This document shows positions 14,288 to 30,479 of a DNA stretch of 64,000 nucleotides, piece after piece (position 1 is the stretch's first letter; the number at the start of each line of letters is the position of its first letter). The stretch comes from Eledone cirrhosa (lineage: Eukaryota). The translations under genes were made by a program, and so were the position numbers. The notes under the pieces were generated by a model. The model was not told where the DNA came from, made no database searches, and was given only the letters and a program-made list of their open reading frames with translations. The stretch is taken from positions 344,906,001 to 344,970,000 of the forward strand of contig OZ024740.1 in the NCBI GenBank assembly GCA_964016885.1. Reading direction: 5' to 3'.

Positions 14288-15058
14288 GTTATTACTATTT
14301 ATTTTTATCTAGGTATTCAATTTCTTTTCATTTGTTTAATCTTAGTGCTTTCATTTGTTACCTTCCCTTTGTTGTACATCTATACAGACCCCACTCACGT
14401 ACGTATATGTATATGTGCGTTTATTTGTGCGTATATGTGCGTTTGTGTGTGTGTAAATATATACATATATATATATGTAAATACATACATATATACATAT
14501 ATACATATAAATATATACATATATAAATATATACATACATATCTATATACCAGTGTATGCATGTATTTGCGTTAGTGTATTCTAAACATTTTTCTCCATT
14601 GTTTTGTTTATCCTGTTATTGTCGTACGTTACGCTGCTGTTGTTATTGTTTTGGCAAAAGTTTCCGTTATTTTTACGCCATTTTCTTGCTCTTTTCTTTT
14701 CTCTGTTTTTCATTTCACGTTTATTTGGATATTTTTTTCGGGGTGTTTTTGCTTTGTCAGACTTGCTGCTAACTAGATTGTCGTAGACGGTATTAGAGGA
14801 ATGCGGCAGAAAATATCTCACCAATTTCTTTACTTATCCTACATAGAAAGTTTAAGGTTTCCATTTTCATTAGAATTGGTATTATTATTATCATTATTAT
14901 TATTATTGTTGTTCTTATTGTTATTGATGTTGTTCTTGGTGGTGTTGTTGATACATATCCGCATTCAATCAGTTACAATTACTATATATACAGAGAGAGA
15001 GAGAGAGATAATGAGAGGGAGAGAGAGAAAGAGAGAGAGAGAGATCGTGTGAATATAC

Positions 15059-15171
<113 letters not shown>

Positions 15172-15260
15172 TGCCTATGCGTGTCTATTTCTGTACGGTT
15201 GCACATTTACAGTTCACGCACCATCAAAACCACAAGTGTTGAACTTAATCATGGTCAGAT

Positions 15261-15327
<67 letters not shown>

Positions 15328-15447
15328 TAGATAGATATAAATGTATGTATAGTATATTTGGCAATATACTGTATGTTTAATTAAAAACATTTAGAAGACC
15401 ATACGCTATCAGTTTTAAAGTAGTGACTATGTCATTTACTTCTTTTC

Positions 15448-15528
15448 GGCGAAAGAAGGGAGTGATGCTGACAGTCTGTTTCACGCTGGTTGGCGTTCAT
15501 CAGAACTACGTACTCCGCTGCTTTCGCC
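15448..15528 (-). ncRNA. Extended type I hammerhead ribozyme
   Basis: Minus strand: ggcgaaag.cagc.ggagt.acgta.gtt-CTGATGA-acgc/caacca/gcgt-GAAA-cag/a/ctg-TC-agc.atc.actcc.ctt.ctttcgcc; perfect core, GUC site, long helix I with internal loops. Confidence 0.85.
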
Positions 15529-15954
15529 TAAAATTATAGATGCTGGATTCTTATAGAATTACAGTAATAATCAGGAGCTGATTATACAGAGTGATTGCCG
15601 GTCCAGCATGTATGTATGTATGTATGTATGTATGTATGTATGTATGTATGTATGTATGTATGTATGTATGTATGTATGTATTTATGTATATATGTATGTT
15701 AGGATCTGCGGTAGCATATGAAGTGAACGAGAAAGTTATATCTGTATACATGAGGAGTGAACAACGGAGACTGCACCAATGTGTATTCGTTCATTTCAGA
15801 ATAATAAAAACGAATGATTATATAATCCTATCAAATACGGCTTTCTTTGTGGTTGTTTGGAAACCCAATTAAAGGTATTTATCATATATCACATTCATAT
15901 ACATATTGGTGACGTCTCAGTTATAACCCAATAACTAATTACTGGGTTAGTTCA

Positions 15955-16075
15955 AATCTAGCTGTCGAAACGGCTGGAGCTGAGCCGCCGGGTTCCTGAC
16001 TCTTTTCCTATTACCCACTGTACTACCCTAAGTATCGAGTGCTTTGGTGCGTTATGGTCCACCTGGTTCCTTACC
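15955..16075 (+). repeat. Dispersed repeat family (tagctgtcgaaacggc..gagct..gccg), also at 19026-19080, 34545-34716 and 42745-42925
   Basis: Direct sequence similarity between the four loci. Confidence 0.6.
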
Positions 16076-16116
16076 ATACTTATTTCGTTATATATGGATA
16101 CATACATATATATTCG

Positions 16117-16178
<62 letters not shown>

Positions 16179-16425
16179 GTTTGTTGGGTTATATACTTGT
16201 GGCTGTGTGTTTAAATATTATGAACCACTGTTATTTTTTTATCAATTTGATAGAATATACTTTCTTTAAAAAATGTATAACACTTAAAACAATACAGATA
16301 TTACTAACATTTTGAAGGCAATGCTTCATAATACCCTCATCCCGACACTGGAACCAACAGTATGCACACAGTCAAACACATACACACACAACCACTACCA
16401 CACTGGCAAGCACACACTAACGCAA

Positions 16426-16476
<51 letters not shown>

Positions 16477-16612
16477 TATATCTATATATATAACAATGTT
16501 GTCCTTTATTGTACTTCCGTCTGTTTTCCTCTCTACCTCTCTGAAATTTTGCAATTATATATGTATAATCATATATACATACATAAATACACACACACAC
16601 ACATACACACAC

Positions 16613-16696
<84 letters not shown>

Positions 16697-16874
16697 TTGT
16701 ATGTATGTAATGTATGTATGTATATATGATTATACATATATAATTGGAATGTAAAAATACATATATTATTTGAATGTAGATGGCCAGTGGGCAGATTTCA
16801 ATGGTCAAGCACTATGATGACGTCACGAACCATCAACCAAGCCAAGTGCAGCATCTTAGCAACCATACTACATA

Positions 16875-16966
<92 letters not shown>

Positions 16967-19076
16967 AGGCACATGACAAAAAAAATGTCGTACACAATAC
17001 ACTGTTTCATCTAACTCGCGATGTCTAACAAGATAATTAAATATTATTCTGTAATGGACGAGGAAAGAGTGCAGATCGTATAAGACCCGTACCAGTACGT
17101 AGCCGTAAACGATAAAATTAATAAAATATTACGAAACGAAGCTTACATAATATAACATAGTGATGGTTAAATAAATGAAAGAATGTGCTATATTTACTAT
17201 GAGCTATATGTGACCGAGAACAGAATGGTCAGTTAGATATATATACAGAAATAAGCAAGATACACAGAACGTTGGAAATTCGATACCTTACTGCAAAAAA
17301 TCTGTTAGTGAGCTAATGATTAATCATGTCTGAAAGGTATGGTGTCAACAACTCGAAAGGAAAAGGAATTGGAGTTTACGTGATGAGGGAAGGGTTAAAT
17401 AGGGCATGTCAGATTAGTAGTTGTATTAGATAGTTAGCTTCTATCACTCTTTCTATATTCTAATAAAAGTCTAAGATCCTAAATGTTAAGACTCTTTTTC
17501 TACTATACCAAGCATTAATGTAATATATATCATCATCGTACTTTCTCGTCCCCCTGTGTTGTTTTTAACTAGTTGAATTTTCTCATAGACATATACACGC
17601 TATCTGCTTTATGTTTATATTTATGAAATAACAAACTAAACATACATGCACTGAATAAATGACTCACCTAGCGTTTATAGAATCAAAGAAATATTTATTA
17701 ACAGTCATTCTTCGCACATTTGCCAATACGACTTGCGTTTTAAAACAATGTTTTGAGAAAGATATATTGTAGTCCAAACTTATATTATATACATACATGT
17801 ATCTGTTTTTCAATACACTAAATTACAGATAAAATATTGCAACTATTATACATGAAAGTATATATCAGGGACGTAAGAATCTTAATATTAAAATAATATG
17901 ACGAAAATGTTAACTGTTCTTTCATTTTCTTATAGCACTATTACAACGCCATTACTCTACTGAAATAAAATGAGACATACCGCCGCTGCCATTAAGCACG
18001 TTATTACCCATCCCTTCACCTTCCTTTATTTCTCCTGTCTTTCACATCTTATTTCCTATCCTAAACATTTGGACAAATGATTTCCTTAATAGTCGCCGAT
18101 TTCTGAAACCCACACCATGCATATCATTGTCCTGCAGTCATTGGCTGATTGAAATTAACAGAGTATAATCCACATCTATATACAAAGGTATGAAAGTATA
18201 TAAAAAAAAAGTGCACAGAAAATGTCACATGGTATATATGTTTGTTTCAATCGCCATGACATTTTTTTGTGTTCGATTTTTCTGAGTCACCCAATCACAG
18301 AAGGTCTTATGAGTGAATTTAGATAGAGAACAGGGTTGAAGAACGTTCAACAGTATCTTTTATTATCTGATAGGAAATAAGCATCCCAAATTCTGAGAAT
18401 AATTCTTAAAGTTCGTCTTAAATGAGCTTCTTGACATGCATTGTATTTTGTATTGTCTTTTCATCCTTGTACCCAATACTCACCAGAATGATACCTTAGA
18501 GTGGTGTCACACAACTGGTGCCAACAACCCAATCAATAAAAATTGTAGGCGTAGATTACATGGTTATCAACAGCAGATAATTTGATCTGATCTTGACTAA
18601 ATTATCAATCAGTGTTAACAGTATATTCGATACTAAATGACTACATAAGTCAGACCTAATCGTTAACTCATTTGGCATTCATTACATTTCAAATATAATA
18701 TTAAGTCCTTTCTTGTAATGCATATGTAATATTTGTTGATAGATGGAGAGAGAATATAATCAATTTGGAAATTTTTTTCGCGGCATAATCCGGGAAACCT
18801 ACAGTTTATATGGAAAAATGGATTTTTACATTGTTATCAAAGTTTCAGCACATCTCAGGATAAACAACACATAGAATATGAATGAAGGAGAACAATTCTG
18901 AGTCCCATATTTTGTGCACTCAGGTATAAAACTTAAATGAAATATGTAAAATAAAAATAAAAATAAAAAGAAAACAAAAATAAAATAACGGTCGTGGTGC
19001 TAAATAATAATGTATGTATGAATATATCTAGCTGTCGAAACGACCGGAGCTCAGACGTCGGGGTCCAGACTCTTTT

Positions 19077-19109
<33 letters not shown>

Positions 19110-19115
<6 letters not shown>

Positions 19116-19365
19116 AAAAAAAGGATGAAATCGAAAATGCAACTGGAGTCTTACTTTTAAAAAAATATATATATTTATTTAGTTCCTTTACCGGTTTCGC
19201 AGTTCTTCTGCTTTTCAAAAGTAGAGTTGAGATGGAGGGTCTGTGGTTTTTTCTCACATCAGGTTGGTCTTTGAATGTTACTTGTTTTATATGGAAAAAA
19301 GTGGCTCGAAACGCCAGGTTTTTAGAGAAGTAATTTGATTGGTTGGTCAATAATTAAAATAAATT
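19110..19365 (-). mobile_element. Non-autonomous PLE-like repeat carrying a minimal HHR; other copies at 33549-33865, 41560-41880, 55167-55370
   Basis: Four similar copies, each bounded by (TA)n on at least one side. Confidence 0.65.
19185..19221 (-). ncRNA. Minimal hammerhead, U3-A8 core variant
   Basis: ctt-TTGAAAA-gcag/aagaa/ctgc-GAAA-ccgg-TA-aag; palindromic helix III ACCGGT. Confidence 0.65.
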
Positions 19366-20359
19366 TATATATATATGTGTGTTTGTGTGTGTGTGTGTAC
19401 ATACAAAAAGGGAGACTCCTATTCAAAATACTACGAGTGGAAAAAAATTTACTGATATACCGAAGTGTTGATTGTAGTCATGAACTTTGTATATTATCCT
19501 TTGTGCATGCCTCGGAAACAACCAAAGCAACTAATTCTGTCCTTCCTCTGGTGGAACTGTTTTTTTATTATTTGTTAAAAAGAGAATTGTTGAAGATGGC
19601 GGCGGGCAACGTAAAACCAATGTCGCTTCGGCGAACTGCTTAAAAACGCAATTTATCTAAGAGAAGGCAAAATCTGATTGCCTACCTCCCACGATTTGTG
19701 ACCATGTCTGCTTGCGGACGTAGTTTTGTGTTTTATTATTGATTAATACAGCTCAGTCATCCCATGGTCAATCGCACGTTGTTTTTAACTTCCATATGGT
19801 AATGTCTGGGAATGCAATGGTGCCAAGATATATCAATCATTCTCAATTCCTTGAATAACATGTTGAGCGTAGAGAAGAGATCTTGCTGCATGGGCAAATA
19901 TTAGTTTTCCAGCTTAAACTTACGCAGGGCTACGTCCTCAAGAATACACAGTAGCGTCACGGGATTATGACTGTACCAAGTAGAACGTTACAATTTACAG
20001 TTTGTATACCAGGTGCCAATTGGCATCAAGCGAGAGGCCGGTGGTTCCTATCCACAGAGAGCGAGATGCTATTGTGTTGCTTAACAAATACCTATATCTC
20101 TCTTGAATGTTCAAAGCCAAAGTGCACTGGCCCAGCACATTTCACTGGGTTTATGAAACGCAATCGTTAAACAATGCACCAGGTATAATCAGAAGCGAAA
20201 TGAAGATAAGTTCCGTGTGTTCCGCGAAACATAAAAGACAGCAGCGATTAACATTGAAATACTGAGGGTCCGCGTAGATATCATAACGCTCCAAGGGAAC
20301 CCCACATGGACATCTCAAGGAAGAATTCCAACCACGAATTCAGTTCTCATCTAGTCTTC

Positions 20360-20960
20360 GGCACAGTTTGTTTGTATGCGCACGTTCTTTCTTTGCTCAT
20401 GCTCATTATTCAAGACCTCACATCACTCTCCAACACTGCCTTATAGTCAGCCGCATTGAAATGTAAGCCATAATGAAATAATGAGGGTACAGGACAACAC
20501 CCTCGACTCCCAGAACTACCATAGTTGCCGGAAAATGTGTATGTATGACCGTTGGAATGCCTTTAGTATCTTTGCATAACAATATGTCACTCCTTCGGGT
20601 GAGATTTCGGTTCTAGCCAAAGTTTTTCTTATCAGAAAAAGAAAAGAGTGAATTTTGATATTTCAACTTGGTCAATATGGGCTTTGCGCAAATCAGACCG
20701 CTATCTTTTGATTTTGCTGAGATGCTGTGACCTCTCCCCATTACATATGAAGGTTTTCATCGACAGTTATTCCAGTAGTATGCCTTGAAACCTTGAGCTC
20801 CCTAACATTTGTGCTAATTGACTTTCGGTGCTCGTATCTGTAATTTTCTACACCATTTGGGTGCTCCGGTGGTATTGGAACGCATAGTGGGTATTTTACC
20901 TTTGTGAACTTTGAAGAGAGCTCCGATACTAGAGGTATGTGGATAGAATGTCACAGCAAA
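20360..20960 (-). pseudogene. Tc1/mariner transposase relic (maT/DD37D-like)
   Basis: Minus strand FFSDKKNF, LCKDTKGIPTVIHTHFPAT.VVLGV, YKAVLESDVRS..ERTCAYKQ; many stops and frameshifts. Confidence 0.6.
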
Positions 20961-21278
20961 GAATTGCAGGACAGATTTTACGTGCGAAAACAACCGACAT
21001 GAGACCCAGAGGTCGATCCTGAGCAATAGAGGAAGAAGAAGGAGAAGCAGAAGATGACGAAGAACTTTGACACCAATGGTTGTGAAACTTTTAAAAGGCG
21101 AGCAATTTTTCTATCAGGCTCTGCATTTAAGTTAACGATTTCAACATGCTTTTTCATTTACTAAGTTAGCTAGTTATCTGTCATCATGTGTCTGAGAAGA
21201 AATGAAAATCAGAACAAGTTAGTAAATGTTAGAGATTTTAAAATATGTGTGATGAAACAACTGAGGAATCCTCTATGT

Positions 21279-21366
<88 letters not shown>

Positions 21367-21375
21367 GTATATATA

Positions 21376-21456
<81 letters not shown>

Positions 21457-21510
21457 CGGCGATGAATTAGTTTTGCGAGGTTTTTTATATGAAATCGTGT
21501 GTCGAAACAA

Positions 21511-21629
21511 ATATTGTTATACTTGGGAGGCTTATATTTGTGTAATATTGCCAGAATTAATTACAGTGTGTTCTGTTATTAATTCTGACAATGTTACACA
21601 AATATGACCCTCCCCAAGTATAACAATAT
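21511..21629. repeat. Imperfect hairpin of about 120 bp; arm related to 40752-40776
   Basis: atattgttatacttgggagg..atatttgtgtaatattgccagaattaat / attaattctgacaatgttacacaaatatgaccctccccaagtataacaatat. Confidence 0.7.
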
Positions 21630-22010
21630 ATATATATATATATATATATGTGCAGTTACTTATTACAGCAAGACATGCTTACAGATACAGATGTTTCATT
21701 GACTATGTGAAGTTGAAAAAGACCCCCAAGCAAACCATAGTAACATTATGTGCTATTGCAGGGCATGTTATGAGACCTAAGGTACCGATCAACAAATATG
21801 TATACAAATTTCGTATTTAGAAATACGAAATTTCTACACATATTTGTATAAAGCAATGCTTGAAGCGACATCTTATTTCTTTTCTATTATAAGTTGAGCC
21901 AACTTATGTAGCTTCATATACAAATGAGACTAATCACCTAATTTACACAGACGAAAGAACTATATATTCTCGGATGTTTTCAAGTCCAGATGTCGCAAGC
22001 GGTTGGAGGG

Positions 22011-22054
22011 ACCGTCCTGAAGAAAGCCAGTCAAGCCTGAAATGCATAGACGGT
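22011..22054 (+). ncRNA. Type I hammerhead ribozyme within a fold-back element (21796-22165)
   Basis: accgtc-CTGAAGA-aagc/cagtcaa/gcct-GAAA-tgca-TA-gacggt; 6-bp perfect helix I, palindromic helix III ATGCAT. Confidence 0.8.
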
Positions 22055-23704
22055 TGTCCCCGTTGCTTCTGCTTGACAACCCCAGAGGGCGTTAACTCCC
22101 CGGTGTTTGCATACCTAAGGCTTCCTAAAACTGTGTTTCTTTAGATATACGAAATTTATATATATATATATAATACATATTTTATACACAATCACGTGTA
22201 ACACGTGTTTCTTAAATGTTCAGTTCAAATACTTAATCGATTACAATCGACTCGACTCGAGTGTCTATCTGCTTATCAGAGGAATGAAAGATCAAAATAG
22301 AAATATCGTATTTGCATATTAAGCTAACATGATGCGAACCCGTTGCGAATACTCACATTCAACAATGAACATCCTATTCAGGTGAGAGCATTGAGTGTTG
22401 AAGTTGGTGATTCTAATTGTAACTTAAAATGACCCAATAAATTAATATGAACACGTATGATGTTAATGGAATCTACTCGATTGCAAGTGTCTGGAAAAGG
22501 CACACACACACACATACATATAGATATATATCAAGAGAGAGAGAGAGAGAGAGAACTATATCATTATTCATTTTCCGTTAGAGTAATCAATTAATTTGAT
22601 TATGTAACAAGAATCAGGGGACGCTTACAGTAGTGTTTTACTAAACGGTCGAATTATTTCATTTGGTGAATTCTGTGGTAGTTCCACTACATGCTCCAAG
22701 TGTAACAATTTACGAAGTATATATAAAAATTTACGAAATTATTATTTAAATAAACACAATCCAAAAGAGTGGGAATAATATTTAATTAATAATTTTGTAA
22801 ATTCCTATATATATATGGATGGGCCAGACACTTACAAATGTGTAGATTCCACTGAACTTATACAAATAGTGCACTATGCGGCATTGACTTAAAGCGCAAA
22901 TATATACGCATTCATATATGTAAAAATACGTTAAGATGAGTTATATACGTAGATTGAGTCAACGATGTAGAGGGAGAATCGTGAGAGAAATAGTTTACGT
23001 GTGTATTTGATCCAAATCCTAGATATTTTGAAAATCTACTTATATATATGTTAAATATATATGCATACGATAGAATATTAAAATCATATGTATATATATA
23101 GATAAGTGTTCGTCTCTGTGTGTAGAAAAAATCCTCAAATTGACATTTATTGAAATTATATATAATTATACATAGTGTTGCATATGCATTTATTCATACA
23201 GATATACGTATCCTCACACATAAAAGCAAACACAAATACATACATAATATATATATATATATTTATATATATATATGTATATATATTTGAAAGTGTGTGT
23301 GTGTGCATGCGTTTGTGTATGCTTGTGAGTATGCCTGTGTACGTGTGTATATGTGTGTGGGTAGGTACATTTGTGGTGGGGTGTTAAAAATTCGTAACAC
23401 TGCAGAAGAATTTATCTTACTGACGGGTGAAATTCCTCTAAGAACCTGCTAGAATTTGCCTTGCTTCCTTTGCCCGAAATTCGAAGATATCTGAGATTAA
23501 AAAAAGAGATAAACGGGCGAGTGTCATTTTTTTTCCCTCGCCACATTTGCTTTTACTTTTTCTCTTGTACTTATTGTTATCATTATTATTATTATTATTT
23601 GCTCTTAGTTAAATTTTCTTATGTCTATCGTTGTTTTTTTCTCTCTCTTCTCGTATTTTTGTATGTTTTTCATACTTTTCCATGACTCTTTCCACTCTCT
23701 CTCG

Positions 23705-23784
<80 letters not shown>

Positions 23785-23796
23785 TCTATCTATATA

Positions 23797-23834
<38 letters not shown>

Positions 23835-24519
23835 TATATACATATATATATATGTATATGTATGTATGTATGTATGTATATGTGTATATATATACACACA
23901 TATATATATATTAATTGTATATTCTTTTAGGAAAGCTGTCTACGTGTGAGTTCTGACATATACAAAGACTCTTATTATCCATGCCACCCCATCTCTCTTC
24001 TCTTCCTGTACCAGCATCATCTCACAAAAGATAGTGTCTAAAGGAACAACGTATACAGAATAATGACTAATCTGAATAATAAAGGGAAAAAGATAAAGAG
24101 AACTTGGGATTAAAAGAAGATAAACAAGAGGCAATCTTAATAAATAAAAACAGTGGGTGAAAAAGATGTATTAAAAAATAGAGGCCGAATGAATGAAAAA
24201 AAAATAAGGAGTGAGGAAAAAGAAAGGATAAAAAAAGAAATGAAGTCTGTAAGATAGAATGGAAAATGAAAGATAGAGAGAAAGAAATAATGGTTGAAAG
24301 AGTTTTAAATGTATATATATCAATTTTTTTCTGAGAATCTAAAGAAACACTAAAACAAGAGAGAATCGGCGTGATGTGTACAAGAGTGTGAGGATGGTAG
24401 ATTGAGACCGACGAAGAATACAAAATGGTGGAGAAAGCGAGTCCTAAATATGTAAACGGAGAGTGGCACATAGAGAGTGAAATATGGAGGAAGTGATCTT
24501 TTACGTAAACTTGTGTACG

Positions 24520-24535
24520 ATTTATATATATATGT

Positions 24536-24595
<60 letters not shown>

Positions 24596-24643
24596 ATATA
24601 TGTATATATGTATATATATGTATATATAAGTATATATATATAT

Positions 24644-24732
<89 letters not shown>

Positions 24733-24841
24733 GTATGCATATATATATGTATATATATATATATATATATACGCATAGGTATATATGTATATATATACAT
24801 ACATACGTATATATATATGTTTGTGTGTGTGTATATAAATT

Positions 24842-24903
<62 letters not shown>

Positions 24904-24949
24904 TCTCTCTATATATACGCATATACACATATGCATATATGTATATATA

Positions 24950-24996
<47 letters not shown>

Positions 24997-25135
24997 ATAC
25001 ATACAGACATATATATATAAACATATATACATATATATATATATATACATATATACATATATACATATATATTTATATATACATATATACATATATATAT
25101 ACATATACATATTTATATATATATATATATACATA

Positions 25136-25232
<97 letters not shown>
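24520..25232. repeat. Compound (TG)n/(TA)n microsatellite, representative of dozens in the window
   Basis: Direct inspection. Confidence 0.95.
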
Positions 25233-25234
<2 letters not shown>

Positions 25235-25990
25235 TCTTTGTGTGGTGTGCTTTGTTGTGTGTATGTATGAGTACATGGAAACCAGATAAAGAGGAAGTAA
25301 ACTAGGGAGAGGGGTCTGCGAGACTACTGGAGGATTAAAAAGGCGTCGCTCTTTTTTTCTTAAAAAGTTTGCATAAGACTAAACCAAGAGAATGAATTGA
25401 AGAGAACTATCGGGATATAAGCATAGAGAATGAGGCGGTAAGAGAGGTAGCTAGTAAGGAATGGAATAGATAGGTGAATATATACGTCTTATTGAGATAA
25501 AGCTAAGATTTAAAAAAAAAGGAAATGATGTGGGGAACATGTCACTAAGACAGTTAGATATTGCGATAAACAAAAGAAAACTGAGAAATATATAAGAAGA
25601 AATACAGAAACATAAGAAAGAAATAGAGACTAACAGATGTATGAAGGCGAGAGTAATAAAAGTTATAGACAATAGGAGAATACACATAATTACACACACA
25701 CATACTGAGACATAAGGATGATGGTATACTGAGAAAAACAATGAAGTAAAAAGAGACGAGAGGCGAAAAAAATGCCGAAGATATTGAGATAAACATAGAA
25801 AATGAGATTAAAAAGGTATTGTTGTAAGATGAAATTTCGTCATAGTTGCAGATCGTAGTAAGAGTAAAATACGAAGTGGTCGCGTTGAAATATCCAATAT
25901 CCCCAGCAGACAACTGATGGAGGAAAATGTTCTCCTCTTCTTGCTTTCCTCTTTTTATAAGTACACCTTATCCACCAAGTACACAGCCCG

Positions 25991-26040
<50 letters not shown>

Positions 26041-26103
26041 TAGATTTCAGATAAAGAATCTTGCTAAACAAATTCAGAAACGAAATATATATATATATAT
26101 ATA

Positions 26104-27701
<1,598 letters not shown>

Positions 27702-28060
27702 TGGCTGCCAACTCGTTTTCGAGTACGGCCACTACTTTATATCCATGTAAGAGAACCCCTACCGATACACTGAACGAGTGTGACGTTTTAGTCCAGCCAG
27801 CGACTTGAAAACTCTGGTACAATCACTACACTTGTGACAATTATTGACACAGTGCTGGGCTCATGTTACCATATGACGACAAGTGTAGAGAGATCTCCAG
27901 ATATAAAACAATGCCTGTGCCGTGAAGATTTTATAGTGAGCAAAGGCACTGCACAAAGCCAGTCCCACTCTCTTAACCAAGATGATATTTACCAAAAAGA
28001 AGAACAAGTCAACATCATTGGATACCATCAGGGTTGCAGGTGTTATATCAGAGTTTTCCT

Positions 28061-28135
28061 TCTCCGGTTGCGCATTTCTAATGCTTTTCAAAAATAATTT
28101 TGAGATAGAGCGCCGGTGATGTTTGCTCTAATCAG
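28061..28135 (-). ncRNA. HHR-like motif (UUGAAAA / GCAA variant) in a dispersed repeat arm
   Basis: Reverse complement TTGAAAA-gcat/tagaa/atgc-GCAA-ccgg; cleavage triplet mutated in this copy. Confidence 0.4.
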
Positions 28136-28272
28136 AAAACCTGCCAGATAGTCCTATATGAGCGAGACATGGTCACCCGACAAACCTTGCCTCAAGTGGG
28201 ACAACTCCCGTCTAACGAAATACGAGCGTAGAAAATGGATGTTAAAAGAAGCTGATGATGATGGTGATGATG
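28133..28272 (+). mobile_element. RTE 3'-tail fragment
   Basis: Similar to 27330-27461, ends in (GAT)n. Confidence 0.7.
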
Positions 28273-28323
<51 letters not shown>

Positions 28324-28399
28324 TTTCAACAACAGTTGAAAATTGCAAATTTCCAAAAACAGTTGAAAATTGCAAACTTGACTGTCACCACCGCATTAT

Positions 28400-28436
28400 G
28401 AACCTGAAGATTTCGAAAGCATGAAAGTATTTGTTC
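28400..28436 (+). ncRNA. Minimal hammerhead motif (identical copy at 37281-37317)
   Basis: gaac-CTGAAGA-tttc/gaaa/gcat-GAAA-gtat-TT-gttc; 4-bp helix I, weak helix II; third partial copy has the perfect palindrome AGTACT. Confidence 0.55.
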
Positions 28437-28590
28437 TATTAACACTTAACATATTTAATATTCTACCATACTATTTCATTCTAATACCATTATGAATTTT
28501 AAAGGATTGTAAATAAAACGAGTAAATCAGACAAAGTTGGAATTCCTTTTATTAATATATATATATATATATTTATACATACATATATAA

Positions 28591-28714
<124 letters not shown>

Positions 28715-28770
28715 ATATTATAATGAAATGACAGGAGGTTGGATTTGTGTAAATCCTTGAAAGGTTTATT

Positions 28771-28828
28771 ATACTATGATCATTTCAATGACCGGGTTAC
28801 GTATGAATCCGGTGATATCATCAGATAT
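28771..28828 (-). ncRNA. Type I hammerhead ribozyme (left arm)
   Basis: atat-CTGATGA-long helix II (accgg..ccggt)-GAAA-tgatca-TA-gtat. Confidence 0.7.
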
Positions 28829-29237
28829 TCGAAATATAATACGTGAATGTAATAGATAAAATCCATGGGGCTGAAAAGCGAGGACCCGAGGGCGACCGCT
28901 ATTCTGTTCCTTCAACCTCAGCCGGTCGCCCTGGAGTGACGTGGTTAAAGCTTATAATATGCTACTACCGGTCAGATAAATGAAAACAGAAAGGGGTGGG
29001 AATATAAGTTAACGTCGATCTCATGACACAAAGTAAAAGAAAGAAAGAAAGGAAGGAGAGAGAAGAAGAGGGAAGAAAGAAGAAGAGAAGCCAGGGTTAA
29101 TGTCAGCTAAAAGAAGAAAGGCAACTACTACCGGTCAGATATAGGCAAGCAAGAGGGGGAAGGAAGATAAGTCTGCGGGAGGAAGACAGGAAGAGGGGAG
29201 AAGAGAAGGAAGAGAAGAGAGATCTAGAAAAGTAAGG

Positions 29238-30229
29238 GTTGATGGCTACAAGAAGGAAGATAGAAAGAAAGAGGAAGAAAGGTCGATATTAATGTCAGAC
29301 CACAGTCAAGCCAGGAGTGGCGCGACAAAATGTTCACAGGGACCCGCATCTTAGCAGAGGTGAATATATTGGGAGTCAGTGTGTTACAGTGTTTAGACTT
29401 CTAGGATGAAGTTAAAAAAATTAATAATCAATATTCAATATTAAAGAGGTTAGAAAATTTTAAGTTCAACAGTTTAACATTTTATTATATAATAGTTCCG
29501 ATTTGTTCTGTAATTTAAAGGTACTATGTGGCGGTTAAAACACCGGCCGCTCCCCGGGCCCCATGGCGAATTAAGCTACGCCGAGTATTTTAATTTACCG
29601 AAAGAAGGGGAAATTTATTTCTCCAAGCACTCTAGGTGAGCTCGTTCGCCAGGGAGCTGGTCGCGCCGCCATTAAAACCCACCCAACAGTCCGACAGAAT
29701 GTTGGAACTTTAAAATTTTGCTTAGAGAAGTAAAAGAGTAATGGTTGATAGCTACAAGAAGGAAGATAGAAAGAGAGAGGAAGGAAGGTCGATATTAATG
29801 TCACACCACAGTCGGGCCAGGAGTGGCGCGACAAAACTTTCACAGGGACCCGTATCTTAGCAGAGGTGAATATATTGGGGGTCAGTGTGTTACAATGTTT
29901 AGACTTATAGGATGAAGTTAAAAAATTAATAATCAATATTCCATATTAAAGAGGTTAGAAAATTTAAAGCTCAACAGTTTCAGGTTGATATATCTAATAG
30001 TTCCGATTTGTTCTGTAATTTAAATGTACTATTTGGCGGTTAAATCACCGGCCGCGCCCCGGGCCCTATGGCGAACTAAGCCACGCCGAGTATTTTCATT
30101 TACCGAAAGAAGGGGAAATTTATTTTCCCAAGCACTCCAGGTGAGCTCGTTCGCCAGGGAGCCGGTCGCGCCGCCGCTAAAGCCCACCCAACGGTCCGAC
30201 AGAAAGTTGGAACTTTAGAATTTTGCTTA
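29238..30229. repeat. Internal tandem duplication, period about 507 bp (mirrored in the right arm)
   Basis: gttgatggctacaagaagg at 29238 and gttgatagctacaagaagg at 29745; both units end in ttttgctta. Confidence 0.8.
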
Positions 30230-30479
30230 ACTCTATCGGATGAAGTTGACAGAATTCAGAATAACATTATAAAACTAAGGAGTAAGAAGATTGAGAATTG
30301 AACAAACAGAAAATTGAAGATTAAACATTCAAATAACTTCTATGAGGTTTTGGGTTGCGTGGTTTAATTAAGTAGAGTTTTTTATGAAGAAACGTTAATT
30401 GTATTATGTAGATCTGTAATTTATCCTAGTGGGATGTAGAGTACGGGATATAGTCGTGTAATGTTTAATTTTTGTTCTC

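Noticed and set aside
23404-23490. ctgac-gggtgaa...tttgccc-GAAA-ttcgaagat
   Set aside because: Core is two nt short and has no UH triplet; similar damage at 4551-4576; not counted
23950-25990. Possible old LINE relic on the minus strand (FTYLGL, GYFNA)
   Set aside because: Only two short motif-like words; too degenerate to call
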